Source of the DNA: Phoronis australis
Taxonomy: Eukaryota > Animalia > Phoronida
DNA: 64,000 nt
Direction: 5' to 3'
Assembly: GCA_002633005.1 (NCBI GenBank)
Contig: NMRA01000011.1
Span: 299,451 to 363,450 of the forward strand
The position numbers and the translations under genes were made by a program. This document shows, in pieces, positions 25,111-37,490 of the stretch; the first letter of the stretch is position 1, and every line of letters begins with the position of its first letter. The notes under the pieces are model-generated. The model saw only the letters and a program-made list of their open reading frames with translations. It had not been told where the DNA came from and searched no databases.

Positions 25111-28100
25111 ACTCTTTCCGTTTTGTATTAGTTAAAAACTTCATGAAACGAATTTAACGCAAGTTAGTTCAGTCGAAACGTAACCCGAAAAAACTCTTAT
25201 TCAACACAGCTACAAATATTTTCTGACTTAACTGAATTTTGGATGATTTTTTAGTTAAATGTCCATTTTTGGTGGTGCAGCACAATCTAAAATGGCCGCC
25301 GTACTGATTGATAGCTCACTTATCCATTATGGGTTCTCACTCAACTGCCGCCATATGCAATGAGATTTCCGGTTAAACCGCGCGCAATTTTTTTCAAAAA
25401 TATCAATCAGTTGTAAAATAAGGAGAATACAAAGGGAGATGAAAATTACGAAATGTTTATTATTTAGTGTTATCTTTCGACTGACAATATCCTTTGTTCT
25501 AAGGTGGTTAATGTAAACACAAGAGTGTCTTTCACAGCTTTCATCGATGATGTCACCGGCCTTGACAAGCGAGAATTGGCGGTATGCAATGAAATCACGA
25601 AAACACAAGAGATTTCACTTTACAATCTATCCAATTCAACAACAATGAAAAAATGCGTTTTTTCAACCACAGTAACGACAGTGTCCATTTAACGCTCTCA
25701 ACTACTATTGATCGCTATGTCAAAGTCGCTGCGCTCTTCTCTGTTTAAAGACGAAGGTTTATATTTTGGCACTAGAAAGGTATTATAACCAGAGACTCGC
25801 AGTACTGCATGTTTTAGTAGGTCGTCGGATAAAGCAAGATTTGTACGGTTTGTAAAGCCAACAGTACAGCAGTCGTGAACAATCATTACTTGGCCATGAT
25901 TTTCAGGATTGGGTTACTTACTCATCGGAGACAAAATGAAATTCAAACCACAGTCACCACTGAAACACAAATCCCCAAGTAACAACATACTATTTGTGCG
26001 CCCGGCTTGTGCCCGTGCAATACGGGTATGCTGAAATAGTCCTACGTCACTGATGGATATAATTAATGCAGACGCGTCCGACGGTACACACACGAAAGAA
26101 TAATCTACCACTGACATGTCTAAAGGACCGCCCCCTACCGGTGACAATTTATAGCCTTAAAATTAATGACAGTCATTAGTGAAATCGACGCTTTTCCTGG
26201 TTTAAACTGACTGTCTCACGTTTCATAGACCTTATTTTCTTACTTCTTTTTTGGCATATGGCTTTTCAGAATCTAATCACACTCCAACTGCTAATGCAAG
26301 AGTTTTGGCTACTGCAATGGAAATCCCCAAAGGCATGTTTCCAACGACGAACCATCAAAAGGGCGTTCTCAAATCAGTGCCCTGTTTGAACTGTAACACC
26401 ATTGATGTATCTAATACAGAGTATTTCCGTGTAGGTACAGAACAGAGGAGGCACAGGTATGATTCCAGTCAGCAAGCAAAATTCGCCAAACAGAAATGTT
26501 GTAATTGTACAGGTTACCAGAGCTGAACAGACTGTAATCTACCGTGGGTATCAGTGTACCTGGCACGCTTCATGTTCTACAAACTTAATGGTGCTGTTGT
26601 CATGAAAATGTTGACTGTTAAACAACTGTGCGGTCCACGTCCGTCCATTAATTCCCAATTAATCTTGCAATTTGAATTCAATTGAGCCACTTAAACAAAG
26701 TATTGACGATGAAAATTAACGTATGGTGAATTTGGTAAATTCAGAGACGCACTCTCAATCTTGTCGAACGTGATGATAATCTTTATGGGGCAGGGTGAAT
26801 ACTGAAGTTTTATTTATTTGTAGCAATAATTAGCGATCTCACGATCTTTGGTTTTAAAAGTGTTTTCATTTTACTCTCTAAGTGGTAGAACTGTGAAACG
26901 TGAGGAGTACCGGGAATGAGCGCTATTTTAAACAAATAAAAGATTTCGTAACATTTTATTAAGATTGAATTTTCGAAATTGTGTTTGTTGGACGCTATTT
27001 TTGCAAATTACAGCAAACTCTAAAAGTTTGATTTGTCAAGGGGCCCTCCCATTTTCAAATTTTCACAGTCTACACACTGGCAGGCGTTTTGTAAACTATG
27101 ATTCAAACACCAGTTGACACCCTAAATGGAGGCATACAATCAGTAAATTTATGTAAGCTGTTCAACATTAATTAACCAAGTCAGCAAATTAAAACAACAT
27201 TCAATGACATTCACGAAGGGTGAGGGAGAACGCAAATGTTATGAGAAATAGCCAGAGGGCAATGACTTGCATTCCGTAGAAGCAATTCATTCGAACGGAA
27301 ACCGCAAATTCTATCCCGTCAATTAACATTCAAACCTCACCAACTAATCACTTTTTTAGTGGCCGCCATTTTACCTAAGCACGCTAGTAAGGCTCCACGT
27401 TTAGCTCGCGGTACGCTCGCCTTTCACCCGGGATGAGTTTGGGTGATCTTGTTTTATGCGAAGTTCTCGCGTCTACAGAACGCTAGAACCCCGCTAGGGC
27501 CTGGTTAAAAACAAGACTTCGCGAGATTACGCGAGACTTTGCCGTGTAGTTTCAACAAGAGCACGTGATTATGGCTACTTTTTTTCTCGCCGCGAGACAG
27601 ATGATGAACTCTTGACCCTGATCTCATGTTACCCGAGCCACGTTGTCACACGTTCGCGCCAAACATTCAAGACGCATGCGCTTCGGCAATTGCACCAAAT
27701 CTGGGCCCTCAACACTGAGTAAACATTTTGAAGTTTTTCACATCGAATAAGCTTTTAATCAACAATATTCAGATAATATGCTAGTAGGATACCAATTCGC
27801 TCCCTCTATCTGTTTTTTGGATTTTTTGTGCTACGGGCTACTAAGCGCTTGAGCATATAGTGCTTAGGTTTTCCAATTTTACCCTACGTTAAAACATGCA
27901 GACCCTTTGCCTTAATTCGCCTCAAACGCACTTCACTTAACTTGTAAATTGTTGTTGGTTTAATGATGCATAAACTTAGAAATACAGCAAGTTGTAATAA
28001 TTTTACGTGGAAATTTATGTTGAATCTTATTTCTTGCAAAACAACGAAGTTCAAATTAGTAGGCACGAAACATATAAGTATTTCTCTGATAGAGAGAAAT

Positions 28101-29471
28101 TTCTTTTGTACACGTTTTAGTGCTCGCCTTGGGGAGGAATCGTACACCTACAAACACATGTACCATCACGTTACATCTTGATTTCTAAATTCTACCATAG
28201 ATTTGTAATTGCTCTTGTACTCCAAGTTTATTCAACTTACCATCGCTTAAAAACTTTAAAATCCCAAAAATAGTTGCGCTGTCTACTTCCTCAAACCTGT
28301 ACATTCTCTTGGAATTCACTAGGTTTTGTAAGGAAAGCGTAATATGTCTGCTTTTGTAATTCAAGCGGCCTTCCCTCACCAGCAGTATATATACAGATCC
28401 ACGACATAATAGTTTGTCCCCGGCCAATGAATTTTAGATTAGAGAGCCTTTTTAAAATCGAAATCCACCAACTGATCTCTTAGAGGACATCAAGAGTGGA
28501 GAAATCTGTTGTTTACTATAGAAAAAAAACAGGTGTAGTTTTAAAGGTCTTTGATATAGAGGTACAGTGTGTCAACTAAAATTCCTTGTTTGATACTAGA
28601 AGAAGTCAAAGGAGGTAAACTTAGTTGCGAAAAGAGTCAGTATATTTCTGTAGGAATGGTAATGTCAATGATAACGACGTCGCGTTACCACTGGCCGAAT
28701 TGTTTCTCATAAACTGGTCGAACTTGGATTTTAAACTTTTTCGAACCGTGAGAAACCAATCATATTGCTGTGTACAATAAATCGTTGTATCACCCAGATT
28801 GTCGCTGGGCTTGAAACAAACGTTTCTATGGCAATACATAATCAACTGAGATCAAGCAGTAATGTAACATTGCACCGCCAGTGCGTTACTTCACTAACAA
28901 AGGAAAGGGAAGAAGTAAATATTGCGTCCAAGAATGACTGATTGCTTTTTTGACACGACGTCTAATTTGCATGTATAAATTTCCGTTGCTACATCAATTA
29001 ATGCGCTAGATTGAAACTCGCGATGAAACTGGCAGTGCCAGGTTGTCCGTTATTTTTTTTTTCTTTACGTTCACCAATTTAGAACACAGAATGAGATTTA
29101 TCATTCGAAAGATATCGCAAAATATAAACACGTCGTAACTTTCATCCCTGTTTGCGTTCGCTTTATTTTGCTATTTATGTTTGTGTTCTATTTAAGACAG
29201 TGTGCGTGTTTCCCCGCAAACCTCATTAAATATGGCGGCAGCTGAATGAGAACCCAAATTGCATGAGTCAGTTGTCATTGATTGCCATTTTAGGTGGTGG
29301 TGCACCACCAGACATAAAAACTCAATTAAAAAATCAAATTAAATTCAGTTAACTGTGATAATATTTGGATTTGTGTTGAATGGGCAATATTTCTGCTAAA
29401 GTTTCGACACAACTACTTTGTGTTTTTAATTTGTTTTGTGGCATTTTTAATTAAAATGAAACAGAAAGAGT
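25111..29471. mobile_element. 4.4-kb element bounded by about 260-bp diverged TIRs, with a possible THAP remnant
   Basis: 25111-25378 is a diverged reverse complement of 29217-29471 (e.g. gggttctcactcaactgccgccata vs tatggcggcagctgaatgagaaccc; actctttcc vs gaaagagt). Minus strand 25590-25890 reads CCTVGFTNR...FLVPK...AIN...LCFRDF. Confidence 0.6.
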
Positions 29472-29777
29472 ATGTTTAAGTTAAATAAACTACAGGTTGG
29501 GGCCCCACACAAAGCACAGGCAGAGGTCTGCCATATACGAATATCATTGCTTGAATGCTACAAAAGTCCGATTTACTCCTGTTATTATGTTTTGTTGGTA
29601 TTAATATTCCTGGCCTCTTTTTGGTTGATAAATTTTTATCATAAGTATTTATAAGCTTTATAATTTTTGCAGTTATGTTAGACTTGTTATTGGTTGGTTT
29701 GTTACTGTAATGTGTGCGCTTTCGTGCTTGTGTGCATGCGTATGTGTGTGCGTGGATGTGCGTGTGTGTGGGTGGGT

Positions 29778-29780
<3 letters not shown>

Positions 29781-29833
<53 letters not shown>
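29781..29833. repeat. (TG)n microsatellite
   Basis: Directly visible, with degenerate TG/CG repeats from about 29710. Confidence 0.95.
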
Positions 29834-29836
<3 letters not shown>

Positions 29837-30366
29837 TTTATGTGGTAAAAAGTAGTGTTGTTTCTGTGTAATAGACAATTACAATTCGTACATGACTATT
29901 CACGGTCGACATAGTTGCAGGCGAACCAAATTAAGTCATTGCATATTGAGTAATTGTCTAAAATTTTGTTCCTGTAATATCTTGACAATTCTAGGAATGT
30001 GAAAGCGTAAACAATGAGTTGTCGTGAGTGATTTGTAAAATGGACTCTTGAGTGTAGGGCCGTAGTTGCGATACGTAACAATAAAGTTTCCTAAGAGATC
30101 TAGCGAACGATAATGTCTGTTGTTTCGGTTTGAACTAGTATTTTATCTTCACATTTACTGTCTCATTTTAATTGCTTTTACATGCACGTGCTAATAGAAT
30201 ATAAGGCAAATTAAGCACGATTCCTATAACATACAGTTCTGACTTCCGTGGCAAATATTGTAAACAAAACCAATCAATATTCCGCTTCTTTCCATTAGGC
30301 GTAAAACCTCCAAGGTTAGATTCGACAAATTCGTAGTTGACACCTCAGTAATCAAAATCAACATAC

Positions 30367-30385
30367 CTTCTGTGACAACCGGTAC
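30367..30385 (-). CDS. PKD1-like exon 2, 19-nt microexon (VPVVTE-G)
   Basis: ttgtttttgttttgctttcag|GTACCGGTTGTCACAGAAG|gtatgt. Phase 0 to 1 exactly bridges exon 1 and the WSC exon. Confidence 0.75.
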
Positions 30386-32963
30386 CTGAAAGCAAAACAA
30401 AAACAAGAGTTGAATATAAACAGATAAATGTGGAGTAATCAAGTGTAAAGAGTGATCATAATTCTGTGTTATTTTCGTAGCCGCAAATCATCCAGAACAC
30501 CTCCAGTATTCTCCGTATGAATTAGGTCCGCACATGCGCAGGGTACGTTCAGCTATTGCTGGAACACATTGCGTATTTTCGTAGCCTCAAATTACCCGTC
30601 ACCGGTGTTCCATACCAACGAATGAGCGAAATTCAATCAACAATAGTAAGTCATGTGATGTTGAAAATTGAAAATGTCGTCAAATGTCCTGGGGTTAGAA
30701 TTGCATACCGGTATTTGATGTCGATACTATATCGAAAACCGTTTGATGGAATACCGGTAAAATATCATTTTTAAAAGTTTCGTTACCGTAGACGAAATTT
30801 CAGAAATATAGTTCCTTCATCTCGGATAGATTTTTTGGTGACTTTGTGTTTTGTGGTTATCTCCTAACAATCACACACAGCACACATAACAATATTTATT
30901 TACAAAAGGCCTAAACAGACATGCGCAATACTTAAAATATTCGAGAGGGGTACTGTTAATTACTATATCCCGCGAAACATCGCCATAGTGAGATGTTTGC
31001 AACTTTAGAAATGTCCGGCTGAAACATGATTTCTGTGGGATGAGAGGCATTTTTGAGGAACCCAGGGCCCCTTTAGGGATCCCACGGTCTTTTTCCCACG
31101 CTTCAAATCCCAAAACGGAGATGACATCTGGAGAATGTTGAAGGAGTGTTACGACGTTCCAAAGACACCCGGTGATAGGATTCAAGACAGAACCAGGATA
31201 GGTTGAGGCTAGGCTTGACGCTGATGATCCAACTAGTGCCAGTCCTGCCAAAGCAGAGATATCTCGTCGAGAAACTACTGTGTTTGAAGTGAAACTGGAT
31301 ATATTGGATCGTATTCCTTCTCCGGTCTACCCATAATACCCCTGTCATAGCAGACTAAACAAGAGCTAACAGTGCCCCAGAAGACAGATTATGGATTGGA
31401 AATGACCGGGTCACGTGGGCTATCGACAAGTCTGTACATTCAGTCAAATATATACAAAAGTATTGATTTTAACCCAGTAAAGGTATATATTTTCTAACAA
31501 TAGAAAGCTTGAAGATTTTTGTTGTATGACTGTATACCAATCTGCCGTTGACTGGGTCACGTGACCATACATTCGTAGTAAAATTGAACAAAAAGAAGAG
31601 CACATTCATTGCAAAGTAATGCTATCAACAACATATTAACCAAATCTCGTTTTGTTTCGATATTCATGGTGAAATTTCAAAGACACTGTTACAGTTTTCT
31701 AATTTATTTTTATGTTTTAGTTTACGAAACTTTATTTTTTCATAAAGATCATAGAAGTCCTACTTTTGACAGGCCCTCATGTGGAACCAATCAACATCAG
31801 CAGGCGTGAAATTACTTTTAAATTATCGAGTTTAGAAATCCGATGTAATTCGGATTGTTATATTTTTTAGTCCAGTGTGGTTTTGTCAATCACCGTAAAC
31901 ATTTCTCGATTTGGGACAAAACTAATTGCTGTAATCACGATTTTTCTAATTTCACTACACTATTGTAAATACACAACATTTCAACGAATGCTCTTTGGCT
32001 GGTGCCAATACACGGCATGCTTAAACTAAGTATTAGCTACTTTTGTTCAGAAATATGACAAAATTAACTCCTCTTTTCGGCCATATTGTTTTCCTAACTG
32101 CATTAACCAACAGCCGAGAAACGATCAAATTCTAATTCCTTTTTTGTCACGGATACTGCAAAATATTTGTTACGAAAACATTTATGGTATATGACAGAAC
32201 GTGATTCTCTGAGCTTTAACGTCTTTGTGTCTCAAACAATTGGCTTCGAAGTAAAACACTGCAAAGGTGTGTCAATTAATGTGATCGGAAAATCCTATTA
32301 TATGCATTCCATACGTACTTCTAATTCTGTGAAATGGGCGTTTTTCACGCAGAGTTGTAGTTTTGCAAATCGGCGTGCATTTACTTAAGTGCTGAACGCC
32401 ACAGGCAAACGACACCAAATCAGTTTTGTTTTTGATTTCACAACGCTCGATCACCATAAGTGGACGTCTTGCTTAGGGTTAAAACTCGTTTTAATGAACA
32501 AGACATGTCTCACTGCTTGAACAGGCACGGTTTAACATTCAAGTCGCGGAAATGTTAAGTGTGATGATCATGCGATGGCATACTACGTTTGATACAAACA
32601 GTGATCAAATCTGAGTGCGTCTTGGGACTATGACACAATTTTATTTTGACAGACGCCAAGTTCACTGCGCATGCCCTATGCTCATCAATTAATAACTGGA
32701 GGAACGAGTTTTTGTTCGTGGTCTGAGGGCTCGGATAGATTAAGTTGCTAAGTTCCCGTTGTTAGTATGCAGTAAAATACGAATTCAAAAGAACTGACCT
32801 TTGGTTATTGTTTGAGATCAGGCCCCAAAAGCAGGCTTGTCACGGCGTGTCATTTTTGCGCCGAACACGGCCTCAAGGAGTAATAAACTACCAGCTTTAT
32901 GTGCGCCCTGAAATCTCTTCTGGGGACAAAGTGAGACCAATCAAAAGTTTGTGGCCCCTTTAA

Positions 32964-33904
32964 ACAGTACACACCATGGATTTTTGCACATTTCGAATTA
33001 CCGGTGGCCACAGACTAAATGTATGACGTAAAATTTAGCCAAATCCATGATTATTTTGTGTCATTAGCGCGAAATTTTGATTTTTCTTTCAATTTTGCCA
33101 ATTTTCACATTTCCCGCCATGTGACATCATGGGTTGAACACAAGAGATCAGCGACTAGCATTGAACAACGGCGGAAAGTAGGGAATTTGAAAGCGACAAC
33201 GATTATGAGCAAGAAATGAACAAATAATATGAAGTAACGTACGAGAATGGTGGCCAGGATGACGAAATGGGGTTGCACGAAAGCGAGAACGAGTTTGATA
33301 TGTTTTCAGCTGCGTACTCTTTCTACTTTGAGGCCTTACGAACTGGATCCTCCCGCTCGGCCAGTCAACCCAGTCATCCAACAGACGATCCTGAATAAAG
33401 AGCCGATGTTTCTGAATAGTAAATATTGTCCTTTATTGAACCACTCCTTCATCGTAACTTCTCCTCTGATTGGAGTCGAAACACGACTCCTCAAAGTGGG
33501 CAGAACACAGAGTGGCCCCGGACAGAATCGCTTGGTCCACGCTGAGGTCCCACACTCTCGTTCGGCGCACGAAGCGATGCCACTACTGCGCAACTTTGGC
33601 GTCCTTCGGAACACCGAGACGTTCTCCGTCTGACTGCTGTTGCTGCAGCCTCCACAAACACATCTTTTCATCCCTCTACGAACCTTCGCGACGCTAAATA
33701 TACTTTACTTTCACTTCACTCTATACATTTAGTTGCTGATCCGAACAGTGTGCCGAACGACTTGGGTTCAACCCATGACGTTGTACATAATTATTATTTT
33801 TTTCAATTTTTACGTGTTTCTTTATGTGCATTAAAGGCACTGAAATCAAGTAAGATATAATAATAAAATTTATTCTGAGGTACTAGAGTCATGTTGCGTA
33901 CACT
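32964..33904 (-). mobile_element. Non-autonomous Kolobok-like element with decayed THAP domain
   Basis: TTAA on both sides (32960-63, 33905-08); 15-bp TIR 11/15; subterminal IR tcatgggttgaac-caag. From ATG 33671: MKRCVCGGCSN...(fs)PKDAKVAQ*WHRFVRRTR...TLCSAHFEESCF. Confidence 0.75.
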
Positions 33905-34880
33905 TTAAGGTTATTTAGAACCTCGTGCGCGTATCCAAATTTCTAGAAAACTGTATAAATTAGCTGTGTAAAGGTATGTGCTTTATAAATGTAGAGAGCC
34001 TGTAGAATTTTGTTCCAAACCGTCATTAATTTGGGTTACTTGAACATGTCGTTTTAGACAAATTTAACAAAAAGTAAGGTGCAAAGAGAGCAAAACAACG
34101 GTATGAATAACATGACCAAATTTCAATTGATACATTTGTATAGTCAGGATAAAATCTCGCTATTACAGTTTTCCAAAATATCATTTGGTTTTCGTTTTAT
34201 ACAGTTCTTAACTGTTTTCATCAAATTCATAAAAGTCTTATTTTGATATCCCGTCATGCAAAAGTAGGATATTTTAAAAACAAGTCCGGACAGACCTTCT
34301 TCAGAACAATGCATAGAGCATGGTAAGTGAAACTTTTACATGAATCCGATCTGCGGTATGAGGTTCTCAAATTTTGGATCTTTTTCTAGAGTCTCCTACA
34401 TATTGCTTTAAGGTGAATTACACACGGCTGACACGGCAATTGGGAATTAAGGGTTCAACATTTTTTCTGTTACTTATTGTAAGACGAAATTACAGTTAAG
34501 GGTCACCTATAGTCCCCCATGAGGAATTTGTATCGGTTTCGTTCAGGGGCGTTAAAATACGACGTAGCACACTGTGTCCTGTTTAGCAGCTCTTTATTCG
34601 AAAGTGCTTTGTTGTCTGTCACTCAACTTAGGGTCCCTTCCCTGTTTGAGACGAAACCTGGTTGTTCAAAAAAAAAATGTGTACGAGGTCTCGCGATGCT
34701 CCCGTGTTCGCTTACTCAAACACTGTTTTGGTAAACGTCATGTTTTAAAAACATACCCGAGACACCATGTTATCCAATAAGCCTGGTCTTAGACGTCTCT
34801 TGAGACCAATCACGCGTTGGCCGGCGCTGACGCCCAATAACAGATACGACAGAAAAGTGTGTGGTTTAAAATTAACTTAC

Positions 34881-34913
34881 CTGAAAAAGAAGAAGAAGAA
34901 ACAGGCGAAACAT
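34881..34913 (-). CDS. PKD1-like exon 1 (start codon; signal peptide MFRLFLLLLFQ)
   Basis: ATG TTT CGC CTG TTT CTT CTT CTT CTT TTT CAG|gtaagt: consensus donor, phase 0. Joined downstream it gives MFRLFLLLLFQVPVVTEG-YLLGCY, with a good -3/-1 cleavage site (T-E-G). Confidence 0.75.
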
Positions 34914-35330
34914 CGTGCGTTCTTCTTCACATTGCTCAACGGTTTTGTTACGTTTCTTCACCCTCTGAAGAATGTCCAGGTAATTAATGGTAATTTTCAC
35001 CGCTTCATTTTACGGTGAGTAACGTAGGCTCGCTGTCGTTTCCGCGCAACTTCGATTTTCATTCAGAGCTCGGGTAGTTTCGTGACGTCACAATTTCAAA
35101 CTGTGGATGAACAATTATCGTTGGTTACTGACATTGCCACTGCCGATTATCTTGGACCCATTAAAGGAAATCAGCAGCGAATAATAGACTGGTTTTAACG
35201 AAACGCAAATATGTAGATGAGCTTTCAATCGATCGCGCTGTTTGTTTTCAAAATGTCAATAGACCTATGATATTGAAAATACCTGCGGCATAGATGATAA
35301 ATTTGCGCTGCTAGGACAACGTCGCTGTGA
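34914..35330 (-). promoter_or_regulatory. Putative 5'UTR/promoter of the PKD1-like gene with a CRE and RFX X-box-like sites
   Basis: TGACGTCA at 35083-35090; X-box-like GTTTCCGCGCAAC (35038-35050) and GCTGCTAGGACAAC (35307-35320), upstream of the ATG. The transcription start is not determined. Confidence 0.4.
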
Positions 35331-37309
35331 CAGTTGTTACACGGATTTCCATAAGAAGTTGGTTCTTTTCATTTCCCTTTAAATAACTGCATTAGGACGA
35401 AGCAAACCATTTCCGTAGAACATTAAAAAACCTGTTATGATTCCCCATGCACGCATGTGAAGAATAATGTTCCCTCTATTGATATTACAATGTCCTTCGC
35501 TGCCTGGAGATGGCGGACAACTTGGTTGTTAATTGATGGGCAAGTGTAAGAGGATTTATTCTCTAACGCATCGCTCCTTACATGTGGTGTTGCTGCTCAG
35601 GCGTTGTATTATTTCCGGTTGCTTTGTTTTAATTCGTTCATCAACGTTTTATTAGTGGTTTGCCAAAAATGTCCCCTGTATGTTAGCAACTGCAGACGTT
35701 ATGTTTTCAGTGCTTGAAGTACTTGAAGGAAAAAAATGCGCCTCGTAAAATTGTCTTGCATTGTAACATTGTCACGGAATATCGAGTGAAAAATTGCTCA
35801 AGTATAGACGATACTCAACTTGAGACACGTGATTCTTGAGTCTCGCTTGCCGTTGAATCAGGGCTGCGTAAAGGGAAGCAAGTTTTCAAAAATTTTGGCG
35901 AAGTCACCCAGCTGAAAAGTAAACAGAAGGAAACTGGCAGTCGACTGAAGGTACTGGTCGATGAGGCTGAACTGTTGCATTCTGGGATATAATGCATGGT
36001 TTCTGCTCCATAAACAAAAAATTATCTCCGCAAGAGCCTCGCAAGTGTCTTGGTCTACGGAACGCACATTTATTGTCACACTGAGTGTAGTTGGGGCTAA
36101 TTTGGAGAGGTTCATAATATTCCGCTTGATCAATACCTCTAAAGGGTAAATATGTCTCTCGCAAAACATCACCAAGCATTATGTACACGCGTCAAAATAT
36201 ATGTATTTGGTGATACATGTATGTTGTAGTTGGTCTTAATTTATATTAAATGTGAAGATGCGAGGTTCGAATTAGGGACCCAATTTACTTTTGCCCACCT
36301 AAAATAGCTGAAGGTTTGTATATCGCAGGTAAGCCATGGGTATAAAATACGTGTTATTAACGCCTATCAGACGGTATTTATTGTCTTTTGTCAATACAAG
36401 CTTATGCATAATACATTACATGTCGTTAATTAGGTGTTAATTAAATTGCATATGCTGAACATGGTCATATGTACCGCGGCAAGTTTTATTTCCGTGTCAA
36501 AAGTTTCCAAATGTCAGTCATCTGAAGTTAAATGACGCCCCATATAAGCCCACCACGTGCCCCTTAGCCCCGTGATTTACAATGCACGTAGATTGCAGCC
36601 AATTGCATACCGGCTGGGCCCGTAGCCAAGTCCGGGGTATTGAACGCGCCGGCGCTTTATCGAGATTCAACCAGTTTGTGTCTGAACTCGGCAATCAGAC
36701 AGCAAGTTACCCCTACCTTATCGAAAACGGGCCAAGAGGGAAGTAATATTGATGTTACTGTTGATTAAATTTATTTTCAAAAGCTAATACCATTGGAATG
36801 CGTTTCTTTTTTTCCTTTAAATGAACTCGACAAGGTCATCGGATGAACATGAATTCTTCACAAAGGTTGACGACGAACGTCAGCCACGGAATCGCACGAA
36901 GGCGATGATTAGCAGTCTGGCGGGTCTGACGGTTCTTTCCAACTGCCCAGGACTACTTACGGATCCAGGAAAGGTAGTTGAACAATGCAGGGTTTGTTGA
37001 ATAGCGGTGACATCTACTTAAGGGGTAACAATTAGTCATCTTCTTTGTTCTCATCCAGACTTTCCTGGACAGAAAATCTTGAGAACTTGAGTGAGCACAA
37101 TAATATCCTGTGTAATTTATGTTGCATTCCCCAAGCAGTTCTTTAAAGATCCGACCGTAGGCTTCCCAAAAGAACTTTTTACTCGGGTGAACGTTTAACC
37201 GTAAATCAGACGGACGTTGGTCCAGTTAGTTCCTCGACGTGGCATAGTTCAGTCAGAAAAAAACTCGATTTATGCATTTCTGAAAAAACGTTGAAAAGCA
37301 ATTATTAAA

Positions 37310-37490
37310 GGCATAAATAATCGATATAACGAACACACCCTGAATCCGAAACTGTTCGGAGTCGGAGGCAAAGCTCGTATCAATGCAAGAAGAGGACAAA
37401 ACCAGCAAGCGGTAGAGTTTGAATCTTTCAATTGTACGTCTTGCACTACTGCCAAAATTACTCACAACAATACGAGTCTTATTAAGAAAA
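37310..37490 (-). pseudogene. Highly decayed THAP-like remnant
   Basis: VSNFGSSARRTIERFKLYRL, then in another frame LIRALPPTPNSFGFRVCSL, resembling THAP 'P...RVCS.HF'. Key Cys/His residues are lost. Confidence 0.3.

Larger units (their letters stand above)
1..34913 (-). other. PKD1-like: Polycystin-1/REJ family gene (PKD1-like), 5' portion: signal peptide, WSC, PKD repeats, REJ; continues beyond the left edge
   Basis: 17 exons join in one frame with consistent phases; every junction is GT-AG except exon 7, whose start falls at an N. Motifs: WSC (LGCY...C...C...YAGL..G..CFC...C...C.G...CG), repeated PKD signatures (W.FGD, DWGDG, FDYGDG, H.Y...G.Y.V.V...N.IS), REJ (L.LDA...IDPD, N.PP..G.C.I). 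Confidence 0.9.

Noticed and set aside
30871-31348. 126-aa and 81-aa minus-strand ORFs in intron 1
   Set aside because: No homology cues, and not needed for the phase-consistent gene model.
35815-36188. Overlapping ORFs; plus-strand KVLVDEAELL resembles a Walker B motif
   Set aside because: Flanked by stops, with no Walker A or other support.
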